From the NCBI GenBank assembly GCA_037444665.1, contig JBBILZ010000036.1:1-26705 (forward strand): a DNA stretch of 26,705 nucleotides, read 5' to 3'. The notes below the pieces were generated by a model. The model was not told the DNA's origin and searched no databases. It saw only the letters and a list, made by a program, of their open reading frames with translations. Both the position numbers and the translations under genes were made by a program. This DNA comes from a candidate division WOR-3 bacterium. Lineage in GTDB: Bacteria; Hydrothermota; Tepidihabitantia; SM23-42; JAOAFX01. Positions 16,637 to 25,500 of this stretch are shown in pieces. Position 1 is the first letter of the stretch; every line of letters starts with the position of its first letter.

Positions 16637-16990
16637 CTATCTTTCTCCCGAAATGCCCATTTCGTATAATCTTCCTACCACCTCAAAAGCAGATACTTCA
16701 GTGGTCATAATTGGTATCTTTTCCTGTTCTGCTTTTTTTATTGTCTCAGATTCAGGTTTACGATTGCCAGTAATCACAATGCCACTGATTTCCTTTAAAA
16801 CCGCTACTGCCACAATATTGGGATGAACCTGCATAGTAACCCAGATATCGCCTTTTTTTGCATTTGCCATCACATCACTTAAGAGGTCGCTCACATAACC
16901 TCCAGTTACAAGGCGGTTAAGAAAATCTTTTCCGCACATAACTTTTAGTCCTAATGTTTTTATTATTTCCAAAAGTTGGATTTCTTTCAT
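16637..16990 (-). CDS. DRTGG-domain protein
   Basis: GGYVSDLLSDVM, WVTMQVHPNIVAVA; ATG at 16990 forms an ATGA overlap with the upstream stop. Confidence 0.85.
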   Translation of the reverse strand: MKEIQLLEIIKTLGLKVMCGKDFLNRLVTGGYVSDLLSDVMANAKKGDIWVTMQVHPNIVAVAVLKEISGIVITGNRKPESETIKKAEQEKIPIMTTEVSAFEVVGRLYEMGISGER

Positions 16991-18255
16991 AAATTTGATT
17001 CTCCCAGGTAAACACAAGTTCTCGGACCTGGTTCATTCCTAACCAGGTCTTCTGCAAATGATTCGCAGTCCGGTGCACCACAAACACCACAATTTATACC
17101 GGGAAGGCTTTTCAATATCTTCTCTTTCTTTTTCAGTTTTTTGATCGCTTCATTTTTATCAGGGTCAAGCGGTGGAAAGGGTTTTGGTTTTATATCCCTT
17201 TCAAATGAAAAAAATTCTTTTTCGTATAATTGTTTTACATAGTCAACATCAATCCGATTCTTTCCACCGTATCGCCGTATCAATTTTAAGATGTGGCTCT
17301 TTGCCAGAAATCTATTTTCTACAGTCAGAGGTCCACCAATACAACCATCCGGGCAAATAAGACATTCAAGATATTCTATATTTTTTATTTTGCCCGATTC
17401 TACATCATTAAGAATCTTTATTGTATCATATACGCCAGAAACAGAAATTGAAGCATCCTGTTTTATACCCCTTATCTCTCCACCGGAAATTGCCCAGCCA
17501 ATGCCGATTCCACTTATCTGGCTCTGTGTTTGAAGCAAAAATTTACGTTCTTTTCTTTTTAATTTTGCCATTATTTGGTTATAAATTTCTCTTATTGATA
17601 TAGCACCATCAAGATAAGACTTTTCCATTGTCTCTGGTTTGTTTATAGAAACCATCTTTGCTGAACAGGAAGTAATATGAAAAATGCCAATTTCATTTTC
17701 TTCTATCCTGTGTTCTTTAGCAAGTTCCTTTCTTAAATTTTTTGCTGCAACTTCTCTTGGCGGTTCCATTCTAATAATCAGTGGAACCAAATCAGGAAAT
17801 AGCCGCTGAATCAACCTTACAACTACCGGGCAGGTTGATGAAATTATAGGCCTGGGTGTTCTATTTCTTGTCAAATACTCTTCAATGGCAATAGAAGTCA
17901 TTTCGCAGGCAAGTGCCTCATCATAGACATAGTCAAATCCAATTTCTTTTAAGACAATTAATATCTCGTCAGGCATAATATCAGAGCCAAATTGTGAATA
18001 GAGAACTGGAGATGGAAGTGCAACTTTTATTCTGAAACGCTCAATGTCTGAGGTTTTGGTTGTTAAAGGTGTAATGGCGTTATAAGGGCATACCCGGTAA
18101 CATTCACCGCAATCAATACATCTTTCTGCAATTACTTTTGCTTTTTTATCTCTGACTCTTATTGCCTTTGTTGGGCAGGCTTTCATACAGGCGACACAAC
18201 CAATGCACTTTGTCTCATCTATTTCTACTGAGTGATAAATAGCTTGCTCGTTCAT
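16987..18255 (-). CDS. [FeFe]-hydrogenase-like Fe-S protein (group C/D type, putative sensory)
   Basis: N-terminal 2x4Fe-4S; degenerate H-cluster motifs SSTCP, TSCSAK, ECLICPDGCIGG; C-terminal LPGINCGVCGAPDC Fe-S motif. Confidence 0.82.
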   Translation of the reverse strand: MNEQAIYHSVEIDETKCIGCVACMKACPTKAIRVRDKKAKVIAERCIDCGECYRVCPYNAITPLTTKTSDIERFRIKVALPSPVLYSQFGSDIMPDEILIVLKEIGFDYVYDEALACEMTSIAIEEYLTRNRTPRPIISSTCPVVVRLIQRLFPDLVPLIIRMEPPREVAAKNLRKELAKEHRIEENEIGIFHITSCSAKMVSINKPETMEKSYLDGAISIREIYNQIMAKLKRKERKFLLQTQSQISGIGIGWAISGGEIRGIKQDASISVSGVYDTIKILNDVESGKIKNIEYLECLICPDGCIGGPLTVENRFLAKSHILKLIRRYGGKNRIDVDYVKQLYEKEFFSFERDIKPKPFPPLDPDKNEAIKKLKKKEKILKSLPGINCGVCGAPDCESFAEDLVRNEPGPRTCVYLGESNL

Positions 18256-18695
18256 TTTTTATTGTTCAAATTAATTTCAATCTCAAGTTGGGTACCCTTA
18301 TTGATTGTTGATTGAATACTGAATTTGTCAGCGTTTTTCTTAATATTTGGCAGACCCATCCCTGCGCCAAATCCCATTTCTCTCATCTCTGGTGTTGCTG
18401 TTGAATAGCCCGGTTGCATTGCGAGTTCAATGTCTGGTATACCAGGACCTTCATCAATCACATTTATTATAATTTTTTTAGGCGTTAGCAAGAGTTTCAT
18501 TATTCCCTTTTTTGCATACATTACAACATTCATTTCTGCCTCATAAGATGCAATTGCTGCTTTCCGCAGAATCTCCGCATCAACTCCGATATTTTTCAAA
18601 ATATTTTTTATCTTACAGGAAGCAGAACCGCCATTTATAAAATCACCGCCCGTGATTTCAAACTGTTCTTGAAGGATTGATTCCTGTTCTATCAT
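18252..18695 (-). CDS. Anti-sigma-factor-type Ser/Thr kinase (RsbT-like HATPase)
   Basis: YEAEMNVV, DEGPGIPDIELAMQPGYST, GAGMGLPN. Confidence 0.88.
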   Translation of the reverse strand: MIEQESILQEQFEITGGDFINGGSASCKIKNILKNIGVDAEILRKAAIASYEAEMNVVMYAKKGIMKLLLTPKKIIINVIDEGPGIPDIELAMQPGYSTATPEMREMGFGAGMGLPNIKKNADKFSIQSTINKGTQLEIEINLNNKK

Positions 18696-19044
18696 CTTTT
18701 TCCTTGGGGTTTTTTATTCCCTGAGAATAGAGGATACCACACGCTTCAAACATTGATAATTTTGAACTTAAAAGTAAAATACCAGATTCTTCCGCAAGTT
18801 TTATTGTTTCATTATCAGGTTTTTTCCCACGAACAAAGATCACAACACTAATTCCGGCAATGTCGCAAGTTCTGATAGTCTGATTATTTGCTAATCCGGT
18901 TAAAAGAAGGTCTGCAGATACAGAAGAATTGAGTATATCACTCATTAAATCAGAGGCAACAATATGTTTAATCTCTCGGTCAAAGGGTATGTTGTTGGTG
19001 AGAACTGTTGCGTTCAGAAATTCTTTTATTTCTAAAATATTCAC
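18658..19044 (-). CDS. DRTGG-domain protein
   Basis: ASDLMSDIL, LLLTGL, IFVRGKKP, SMFEACGILY. Confidence 0.85.
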   Translation of the reverse strand: MNILEIKEFLNATVLTNNIPFDREIKHIVASDLMSDILNSSVSADLLLTGLANNQTIRTCDIAGISVVIFVRGKKPDNETIKLAEESGILLLSSKLSMFEACGILYSQGIKNPKEKDDRTGINPSRTV

Positions 19045-19553
19045 TTTTTCTTTTTTGCCTTTTTCACCTTAGCTTTTATGGATTTTGGCTTGGCAGTTTT
19101 TATTTTGTTTAAAATTTCATCTGCCTTCTGAATTGTGCTCTGGGCATTATATTTGCCGTCAACTACCACGACCGGAGCTAATGCACAGCAGCCCAGACAA
19201 TTTACTGTTTCTAAAGAAACATTGTGGTCAGGAGTTGTTTGCCCTGCTTCAATTTTCAATGTATCCTGGAAACGATTGAGCACATTGGGTGCACCCCTTA
19301 CATGGCAGGCAGTTCCCATACAGACCGTGATGTTATGCTTACCCGGTTGCACAAGTTTAAATGCACGATAGAATGTAGCGACACTATAAATATCTGCAAG
19401 CGGAACACAGAGTTTTTCTGAGACGAACCTCAATGCTTCTTGCGGAAGCCAGTTATATTTTTCCTGTATGTCTTGCAAAATTGCAATTAAGGCATTCTTT
19501 TTATTATCATATTTTTTAAGAATATTGGTTATTTCTTTTAAGTTTAAGTCCAT
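19041..19553 (-). CDS. HydC/HndA/NuoE-like 2Fe-2S subunit
   Basis: ILQDIQE, VATFY, VCMGTACHVRG, CLGCCALAP; ATG at 19553 with AAGGAG RBS. Confidence 0.9.
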   Translation of the reverse strand: MDLNLKEITNILKKYDNKKNALIAILQDIQEKYNWLPQEALRFVSEKLCVPLADIYSVATFYRAFKLVQPGKHNITVCMGTACHVRGAPNVLNRFQDTLKIEAGQTTPDHNVSLETVNCLGCCALAPVVVVDGKYNAQSTIQKADEILNKIKTAKPKSIKAKVKKAKKKK

Positions 19554-19578
19554 TATCGATCTCCTTTTTGAATGCATT

Positions 19579-19606
19579 ATTATATTCATTTTTGTCTAAA
19601 AGTCAA
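19579..19606 (-). promoter_or_regulatory. sigma70-like promoter of the long redox operon
   Basis: TTGACT (19606-19601), 16 bp, TATAAT (19584-19579). Confidence 0.7.
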
Positions 19607-19649
19607 TGAATTTGATCTCTTATTGCGGGCACTACCTCTAAGCCAGGAG

Positions 19650-19677
19650 TTGATTTTTTGATTTATTGGGCTAAAAT
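19650..19677 (+). promoter_or_regulatory. sigma70-like promoter of pbpC
   Basis: TTGATT (19650-19655), 16 bp, TAAAAT (19672-19677); ATG follows after 7 nt. Confidence 0.5.
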
Positions 19678-19684
19678 TTAATAA

Positions 19685-22027
19685 ATGAAAAATGCCTTAA
19701 GAAAAAAGGTGCTCAGGATATTATCCTCTGGAATTGTCGTATTCGTATTAGCAATTATTATCTTTTTTATGATACCTCCTCAAAAGGGTTCACTTTATCC
19801 TGAATTCAGTTCTTTTATAATTACTGATAGGAACGGCACCCTTTTGAGAGAGGTTTTATCTAAGGATTATAAGACGAGTGTATGGAAACCATTAAGAGAG
19901 ATTTCACCTGATATGATAAAGGCAACCATAATAAGGGAAGATAAAAGATTTTTTCTGCACAAAGGAATAGATTTTATTGCCCTTTTCAGGGCACTTTATG
20001 AGAATATCAGTTCGGGTAAGGTTCGTTCTGGTGGTTCTACAATCACAATGCAGGTAGCAAAGATTTTATTAAATTATCAAAATCTGAATATTTTAAAAAA
20101 ATTTATACAGATTATTTATGCGTTAAAATTGGAACTCTATCTAAATAAAGAGCAAATACTTGAAATCTATCTTAATAGGGCACCTTATGGAAACCAGACA
20201 TATGGGGTAGAGGCAGCCGCAAGGTTTTATTTTAATAAACCAGCAAAAGACCTTTCTTTGAGTGAATCCTGTTTGTTAGCACAAATCCCAAAGGCACCAT
20301 CATTACTCCATCCAATAAAAAATTTTCTTCTTACTGAAAAGAACAAAATTGATTTGTTAGAGAAAATTTTAAAATATGGACTCATAGACACGTTCTCATA
20401 TCTTTGTGCAAAGAACGAACAAAGTATAGTGAATAGAAAGAAGATATTATTCAGGGCACCCCATTTTGTTGATTTTATTTTAAGTCAGAACATTACAAAA
20501 ACATATTCAACTATTACATCAACAATTGATTACAACTTACAGGAAAAGTTAGAAAAAATATTATTTACTTCAATAAATGCTTTAAAAAAATACAATGTCA
20601 ACCAGGGTTCAATTGTTGTTATTGATACAAAGACCGGCGAGATTATGGCAATGGTTGGTTCAAAGGACTATTTTGAAGAAAACGAAGGCCAGGTGAATGG
20701 TTGTGTTTCATTGCGCCAGCCTGGTTCAAGTTTAAAGCCATTTTTATATATTTTAGCACTCCAGAATGGTTTTCCAATGAGTTACTTGATGAATGATACG
20801 GTTACTGAATTTAAATTACCAGATGGCACAGTCTTTGCACCGAGAAATTATGGCAATAAATATCACAGACTTGTCCGGGCAAGGGAAGCGCTCGGTTCTT
20901 CATTCAATGTTCCTGCAGTCATCCTCCTTGATAAGATCGGCGTAGAAAATTTTTATACATTTCTTACAAGGCTCCATTTTACAACCTTATTTAAAAACCC
21001 GAATTTTTATGGATACTCGCTTTCATTGGGTGCTGCAGAAGTAAAACTCATTGAACTTGTGAATGCTTATCGGGCAATTGCTAATAAGGGAATGTGGACA
21101 CAATACAAATTCATAAAGAATGAAAAATCTGAAAGAATAGGGGAGAGGGTCTTCTCTGAAGAGGCAGCATATATAATAACCAATGTTCTTTCTGATAATT
21201 CAAGCAGGATTAAGGCATTTGGTGATGATTCGCCTTTGAACCTGCCATTTCCCTGTGCAGTAAAGACTGGCACAACAAAAAATTTTAAAGACAACTGGTG
21301 TATTGGTTTTACAGGAAGGTATACAGTTGGTGTTTGGGTAGGAAATTTTGATGGTGCACCAATGAATGGGGTTTCTGGTATTTCTGGTGCTGGACCACTA
21401 TTCAGGGATATTATGATTGAATTGCACAGGGATGGATATCCTGAAGACTTTGAAGAACCAAAGACACTGGTGCATTTCAAAATATGTGCTCAGAGTGGAT
21501 TAATAGCAGGCAAGCATTGTCCAGCTATTGATGAAATCTTTATTCCCGGAACCGAACCAAAAGATACCTGTTATTATTGTGTAGGGACAGGGTTTATCCC
21601 TGTCCGAAGCAACGGGAACGATGTAGGGACAGGGCTTGTCCCTGTCCGAAACAACAGCAATGATGTAGGGACAGGGCTTGTCCCTGTCCGAAACAACGGA
21701 CAGCCACAAGGGCTGTCCCTACAAAACAAAATTCCCAATGTAGGGACAGGGTTTATCCCTGTCCGTAATCTTTGCATTCTCCATCCACAAAACGGTGATA
21801 TCTTTAAACTTGACCCCCACATTCCTTATAAAAACCAGGCAATCGCCTTTAAAATTGAGATAGATTCAGGCATAGAATCCTTTGCCCTGTATCTGAATGG
21901 CAAGAAACTATGTGAGAACCAAACAACCTATCTCTGGCAGCCAAAACCAGGCAGATACGAACTTGAAGCAAGGGCAAATGATAAATCAAAATCATACATA
22001 GAAAAAATTTATTTTACAGTGTATTAA
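19685..22027 (+). CDS. pbpC: Penicillin-binding protein 1C (transglycosylase/transpeptidase)
   Basis: N-terminal TM; EDKRF, GGSTITMQ, YLNRAPYG; SSLK, SFN, KTGT; PBP1C-type C-terminal domain. Confidence 0.9.
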   Translation: MKNALRKKVLRILSSGIVVFVLAIIIFFMIPPQKGSLYPEFSSFIITDRNGTLLREVLSKDYKTSVWKPLREISPDMIKATIIREDKRFFLHKGIDFIALFRALYENISSGKVRSGGSTITMQVAKILLNYQNLNILKKFIQIIYALKLELYLNKEQILEIYLNRAPYGNQTYGVEAAARFYFNKPAKDLSLSESCLLAQIPKAPSLLHPIKNFLLTEKNKIDLLEKILKYGLIDTFSYLCAKNEQSIVNRKKILFRAPHFVDFILSQNITKTYSTITSTIDYNLQEKLEKILFTSINALKKYNVNQGSIVVIDTKTGEIMAMVGSKDYFEENEGQVNGCVSLRQPGSSLKPFLYILALQNGFPMSYLMNDTVTEFKLPDGTVFAPRNYGNKYHRLVRAREALGSSFNVPAVILLDKIGVENFYTFLTRLHFTTLFKNPNFYGYSLSLGAAEVKLIELVNAYRAIANKGMWTQYKFIKNEKSERIGERVFSEEAAYIITNVLSDNSSRIKAFGDDSPLNLPFPCAVKTGTTKNFKDNWCIGFTGRYTVGVWVGNFDGAPMNGVSGISGAGPLFRDIMIELHRDGYPEDFEEPKTLVHFKICAQSGLIAGKHCPAIDEIFIPGTEPKDTCYYCVGTGFIPVRSNGNDVGTGLVPVRNNSNDVGTGLVPVRNNGQPQGLSLQNKIPNVGTGFIPVRNLCILHPQNGDIFKLDPHIPYKNQAIAFKIEIDSGIESFALYLNGKKLCENQTTYLWQPKPGRYELEARANDKSKSYIEKIYFTVY
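21581..21765 (+). repeat. GTAG REP array inserted in frame within pbpC
   Basis: Four GTAGGGACAGGG..CCCTGTCC units (21581, 21623, 21665, 21740) and one inverted unit (21697-21722). Confidence 0.9.
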
Positions 22028-22305
22028 CCTGGATTATTCATAATTCAATGTCATTGCGGTTGCCTCATTTATGAGACCTTCTATTTTTTGTAGGGACAAC
22101 CCTTGATTTGTATATGGAGTTAAGCCGTAAGGCTTTTATCTCTTTAGAGTCAAGCCCTGTCTCTACTTTATTATTCTTTGTAGATTAGAAAATTTAATCT
22201 ATTTCCGATGAGTCCACAACTACTATCTCACACCGCGGTGATTTCATCTTTGGCAAAGGCAGAAAATAAATCTAAAAAATAGAGAGGACTCACCTGACAT
22301 ACCCC

Positions 22306-22333
22306 TTGATTTTTAATACAAAATATTTATAAT
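22306..22333 (+). promoter_or_regulatory. Candidate upstream sigma70-like promoter
   Basis: TTGATT (22306-22311), 16 bp, TATAAT (22328-22333). Confidence 0.45.
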
Positions 22334-22478
22334 GTAATGTGGGTTTTGGAAAAACTTGTCCTGATGTAAATCATGGATACCAATACTTAGCAAATGCCTC
22401 TGGCATTTATGGTGATGAAAATTTCATCATAAAAAAATTTTTTACGAACTACAGTTACATGAAATTTTTATACTATAC

Positions 22479-22506
22479 TTGACAAGATTGGGGAGAACGT
22501 TATAAT
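22479..22506 (+). promoter_or_regulatory. sigma70-like promoter for the helicase/RM genes
   Basis: TTGACA (22479-22484), 16 bp, TATAAT (22501-22506). Confidence 0.75.
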
Positions 22507-22597
22507 GTGTGTGATAAATAGTAATGGTATGGAATTTACGGGGATGGCAACATTAAAAATGACAGAGAAATACTACAAAAGTTAGGGATGGTAATTC

Positions 22598-25500
22598 ATG
22601 GCTAAAGAAGAGGGATATTCGCTTCCGCAGATAAATTCAGCTGAAAGAAAGAGCATACCTTTAGATTTAACATTTATCGCAAATGAGCCGGGTAAAACAC
22701 TGAAGGATAGATTTGAGCAACTGATAAAGGATTGCAAGTTTTTTGATTGTCTGGTTGCCTATTTTTATGTAAGTGGTTTTTATGCCATATATAAGTCATT
22801 AAAAAACACGCAGCGAGTTAGGATCCTTATTGGCATTGGAACCACCAAAGAAACACTTGACTTGATAAAAGATGCAGTAAGTCAACGTTCGAATGGGTCC
22901 TTATTCTCTCATTCAGAAACAAAGCAAAAAATTGAAAACATAGTAGAGAATGAAATGGCTGATTCAGAAGATAATCAGAATATAGAAGAAGGGATTCCAA
23001 AGTTTATTGAATGGATAAAAGAAGGGAAACTACAAATAAGGGCTTATCCCTCTCAAAATCTTCATGCGAAATTATATATTATGACTTTTAGAGAAGGTGA
23101 CAGAGATGTAGGAAGGGTCATAACGGGCTCAAGCAATTTTACCCAATCAGGACTTGTAGACAACCTTGAATTTAATGTTGAGTTAAAAAATGTTTCTGAT
23201 TATGAGTTTGCAAAGAATAAATTTGAAGAATTATGGGAAAATGCCGTTGATGTTAGTGAAGAATACATTCAGACAATAAATGAAAGAACCTGGCTTAATC
23301 AAAATATTACCCCTTACGAACTCTATCTTAAATTTTTATACGAGTATTTTAAGGATGAACTCACAAGAAAAGATGAAGTTTTTACAAGATATTTGCCTTA
23401 TGGTTTTAAAAGATTTGAATATCAGGAACAGGCAGTTCTGAATGCAAAGAAGATATTAGAAGAATATGGTGGAGTCTTTATCTCCGATGTAGTAGGACTC
23501 GGTAAAACCTATGTGGCTACTATGCTTGCTGGACAACTTGATGGTAGAACTCTTGTCATTGCGCCACCTGTGCTTCTTAACAAAAATAATCCTGGTTCCT
23601 GGCCAAATGTTTTTTCTGATTTCCATATTCCTGCTGATTTTGTATCTACTGGAAAACTTGATGATGCAAAACGACTGACTGAACAAAGAGAGTATAGGAA
23701 TATAATCATAGATGAAGCTCATCGTTTCAGGACAGAAACAACCATTAGTTACGAAGATCTTGCTGAAATTTGCCGTGGGAAAAGGGTAATTTTGGTCTCT
23801 GCAACCCCATATAATAACTCACCAAGAGATATTCTTTCACAGATTAAGTTATTCCAAAATGTAAGAAAAAGCACAATTCCTGGTTTACCTAATCTTGAAG
23901 GATTCTTTGGAGGACTTGAGGGACGGCTAAAAATGATTGACCGTCAGAAAGATTTTAATAAGTTCCTTGAAATAACAAGAAGTAATGCAAAAGAGATCCG
24001 CGATAAGGTCTTGAAATATTTGATGGTTAGAAGGACAAGATCAGAAATTGAAAAATATTTTGAAGAGGACTTAAAGAAAAACAATGTTAAATTTCCAGAA
24101 GTAGAAGATCCAAAGCCTTTTTATTACCAGTTAAACGATGATGAAGACAGAATCTTTATGCAAACTGTAGAGTTAATAACACAGAAATTCAAATATACTC
24201 GTTATATGCCATTACTTTATTTAACCAAACCCATCTCTCAACTTGAAGAGCAATCTCAAAGAAATATGGGCGGTTTTATGAAGGTGCTCCTTATAAAACG
24301 TCTTGAAAGTAGTTTTTATGCATTTAGAAAAAGCATTGACAGGTTCATCAATTCCTATGAGATGTTTATCAAAGAATATAAAGAGGGAAATGTTTATATA
24401 AGCAAAGGATATATAAATAAAATTTTTGAACTTATAGAACAAGGAGATGATGAGGCAATCCAGAATCTTATTGATGAAGGAAAAGCAGAAAAATATAACA
24501 GCCAAGATTTTAGACCTGACTTTGCACAAGACCTAAAAATTGACTTTGAAATTTTAAAACAGATAAAATCTATGTGGGAATCTATAAGAAGAGACCCAAA
24601 ACTTAAGACCTTGCTAAATGAATTAAGAAATAACCAAATCCTAAAAAATAAGAAAATAATTATCTTTACAGAGTCAAAAGAGACAGCAGAGTATTTGACT
24701 GAAAACATAAATAACAACATAGGTAAAATTGCCCTCCTCTTTCATGGCAACTCTCCAGAATTAGTGAGAGATAGAGTAATAGAAAACTTTGATGCAAGGG
24801 CAAGAAATAAAAAAGATGATTATAGAACTCTTGTCTCAACCGAGGTTCTTTCTGAAGGTGTTAACCTACATAGGTCAAATATCGTGATAAACTACGATAT
24901 ACCCTGGAATCCAACAAGATTAATGCAAAGAGTTGGAAGGGTTAACAGAATAGATACACCATTTGATAAAATTCACACTTTCAACTTTTTCCCGACAAAA
25001 CAAGCAGACTCTGAAATTGAACTTACAAACATTGCTTGTTCAAAAATAGAAGCATTTCTGACACTGCTTGGTGGTGACAGCGCAATACTCACTGAAGGCG
25101 AACCTGTCTCTTCCCATGAACTGTTTGATAAACTACTTTCAAAGAAAACCATTACAGAAGATGAGGAAGAAGAAAGCGAACTTAAGTATTTAAGAATTAT
25201 TGAAGATATCCGCGATAAAAATCCTGAACTCTTTGAAAAGATAAAGCGACTTCCCAAGAAGGCTCGTTCTGCAAAGTTTTATTCTCAATCTTTAAAAGAT
25301 ATTGCTTCTGCTAATTCTTTAATTACTTTTTTTAGAAAGGGTAAGTTAATGAAATTCTTCCGTTCAAATAAAACTTCTACTTTTGAACTTGATTTTCTGA
25401 CCGCCGTAAAAATTCTTGAAAGTACTGAAAATGAAGAAAGAGCAAAACTACCTCTTAAGGATTACTATGAACTCCTTGATAAAAATAAAAGCGCTTTCTT

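Noticed and set aside
10808..19553. Respiratory complex I (nuoEFG) or a complete HydABC hydrogenase
   Set aside because: No membrane Nuo subunits; the G/A-like subunit is 232 aa and lacks both the NuoG C-terminal region and the H-cluster domain
21067..21822. Minus-strand ORFs within pbpC
   Set aside because: Antisense shadows of pbpC and its REP insert
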